DNA of 55,131 bases from the NCBI GenBank assembly GCA_003331545.1, contig QOPC01000003.1:1-55131 (forward strand), read 5' to 3'. This document shows, piece by piece, positions 54,940 through 55,131 of the stretch (position 1 is the first letter of the stretch; each line of letters opens with the position of its first letter). The notes under the pieces were generated by a model. It saw only the letters and a program-made list of their open reading frames with translations. It was not told the origin of the DNA and made no database searches. Source of the DNA: SAR86 cluster bacterium. GTDB lineage: Bacteria > Pseudomonadota > Gammaproteobacteria > Magnimaribacterales > D2472. A program made the position numbers and the translations under genes.

Positions 54940-55131
54940 AATTTTATATCTGCATGGATTTGCTTCCTCAGCAGATTCAACTAAGGCTGATCTGACTAAA
55001 TCATTTATTGAAAAAAAAACAAAAAAAACAAAAATCCTAATTCCTGATTTGGATAATGATATTGAAGTAGCTTTCTATCAAATTGAAAATATAATTTCAG
55101 AGGAATCTATTACTGCATTTATTGGCAGTTC
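54932..55131 (+). CDS. YqiA-like esterase (alpha/beta hydrolase, UPF0227), 5' partial, runs off the window
   Basis: MTKILYLHGFASSADSTKA... matches the N-terminus of YqiA-type esterases (..LLYLHGFNSSP.S.KA). The ATG at 54932 overlaps the end of the DUF1249 gene by 8 nt. Confidence 0.65.
   Translation, partial: MTKILYLHGFASSADSTKADLTKSFIEKKTKKTKILIPDLDNDIEVAFYQIENIISEESITAFIGS

Noticed and set aside
1-55131. CRISPR arrays, rRNA genes, IS elements/transposases, toxin-antitoxin or recognisable defence-system genes
   Set aside because: I looked for regularly spaced direct repeats, long non-coding stretches, terminal inverted repeats and DDE/integrase/nuclease-NTPase type ORFs and found none. Every ORF of meaningful size has a housekeeping or conserved-domain explanation.

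Overview
This is an AT-rich, very gene-dense chromosomal segment: about 65 CDS and 1 tRNA in 55 kb, with most junctions overlapping or under 60 nt. It is almost certainly from a gammaproteobacterium. Nearly all genes are housekeeping. The gene order matches blocks I know from Pseudomonas/Oceanospirillales-type genomes: gshB-tonB-like-ruvX; dnaG-rpoD; fis-purH-purD; rpe...trpEGDC; amgK-murU near lptD-surA-pdxA-rsmA-apaH; folB-tsaD next to rpsU-yqeY; rph-pyrE; yicC-gmk-rpoZ-spoT-ridA; recG; and rubredoxin next to ubiC-ubiA. Here these blocks are packed directly against each other, which fits a streamlined, probably planktonic, genome (inference). I see no rRNA, CRISPR array, transposase, integrase, prophage or recognisable defence genes, and I do not find convincing evidence for a discrete novel multi-gene system. 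The parts that housekeeping does not explain are listed below.
(1) A small metal-related module at the left end (DUF962, CopG/DUF411, a tandem-DUF2061 membrane protein, MntR, a cupin). MntR is divergently paired with the uncharacterised DUF2061 gene, and the DUF2061 promoter is overlapped by operator-like motifs. This is the best candidate for something undescribed.
(2) A pair of exported amidohydrolases, one of which has lost the HxH metal motif.
(3) A 56-aa rubredoxin gene missing from the ORF track, whose stop codon overlaps the start codon of a DAACS symporter.
(4) A CCA-adding enzyme with no HD domain.
(5) A divergent, short folK-like gene in a folate-related cluster that also holds an APH-like kinase.
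(6) A K+-dependent-type membrane pyrophosphatase.
(7) A CAT-anticodon tRNA with features of tRNA-Ile2 (lysidine).
All product calls come from motif recognition by eye, since no searches could be run.
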